A DNA stretch of 7,458 nt from the NCBI GenBank assembly GCA_018985225.1, contig JADGIF010000506.1, positions 1-7,458 of the forward strand, in the 5' to 3' direction. This document shows positions 6,987 to 7,458 of the stretch, piece by piece. Both the position numbers and the translations under genes were made by a program. Position 1 is the stretch's first letter. Every line of letters starts with the position of its first letter. The DNA is from Amoeboradix gromovi X-113 (Eukaryota; Fungi; Sanchytriomycota). Under the pieces are notes generated by a model. It saw only the letters and a list, made by a program, of their open reading frames with translations. It was not told the DNA's origin and made no database searches.

Positions 6987-7458
6987 TTAACGCATCTGCA
7001 AAATTTGGAAATTGTATTCGAATAAATTATTCATCATTATTGCTTGGATTTCATCGTTCCAACCATTCAACTTGCTGGAGAATTCTTGCAGGTTAAAGGC
7101 AGAATAGTCTAGTATCTCATATATCAGCAGCGGCCGGAAAGACACTGGTGAAATGCAACTAGGAATTGACAGTCATACTTGAGCAAGGTCCTGGGACTCT
7201 GATACAAGCCAATTGGAGACAAATATAAGTACAAAATCTCCTTTAGAAGCAGATACAGCTCGATTGTTTTCTTGAATAAATCATTTATTGCGAATTTGCG
7301 TGCATTTTTGTATGATTTCATGACTTTTCCAATGCTATAAATACTCAATATTCTTCCTCTACACAAACGGTAAATGGAATTAATAATGGATGTAATCCTG
7401 AATGTTTCAAATCTAAAGAAATAACAGGTACACCATACATTCATTAAGACTGAGGAGC
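6987..7458 (-). CDS. 5'-partial hypothetical spliced gene, complement(join(6987..7158,7179..7412,7432..>7458))
   Basis: Excising 7413..7431 and 7159..7178 gives one frame open from the window edge: LLSLNECMVFETFRIT..SPRTLLNCISPVSFRPLLIYEILDY..FQILQMR*. No homology recognised, and the 3' end is uncertain. Confidence 0.5.
7159..7178 (-). other. Candidate 20-nt intron (phase 2)
   Basis: Minus strand GTATGACTGTCAATTCCTAG. It links the 7124..7444 frame to a further open frame ending at TAA 6987. Confidence 0.55.
7413..7431 (-). other. Candidate 19-nt intron (phase 2)
   Basis: Minus strand GTACCTGTTATTTCTTTAG, with the same length and GTA..TAG ends as the two well-supported introns. The upstream exon frame is open to the window edge. 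Confidence 0.55.

Noticed and set aside
1-7458. Prokaryotic operon, CRISPR array, mobile element or TAA-to-Gln genetic code
   Set aside because: The genes are eukaryote-specific and spliced. I saw no repeat-spacer array, transposase or terminal repeats. TAA terminates conserved proteins at their expected ends.

Overview
AT-rich, extremely gene-dense eukaryotic nuclear DNA. It looks opisthokont/fungal-like, but the lineage cannot be fixed from this window. Gene order: SEC15/EXOC6 exocyst subunit (+), divergent CTK1/BUR1-type (CDK9/12) kinase (+), tRNA-Lys(CTT) (+), tetraspanin (-), orphan ORF (-), 2-Cys peroxiredoxin (-), low-molecular-weight protein tyrosine phosphatase (+), basic disordered protein (-), and the 3' part of another spliced gene (-). 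Main signal: the split ORFs in the six-frame track are rejoined by ultra-short 19-20 nt GTA...TAG spliceosomal introns. Two are strongly supported because they restore conserved domains; two more are candidates. Intergenic gaps are mostly 15-60 nt. The peroxiredoxin and phosphatase start codons overlap on a CATG palindrome, and AATAAA hexamers are fused to or flank the stop codons.
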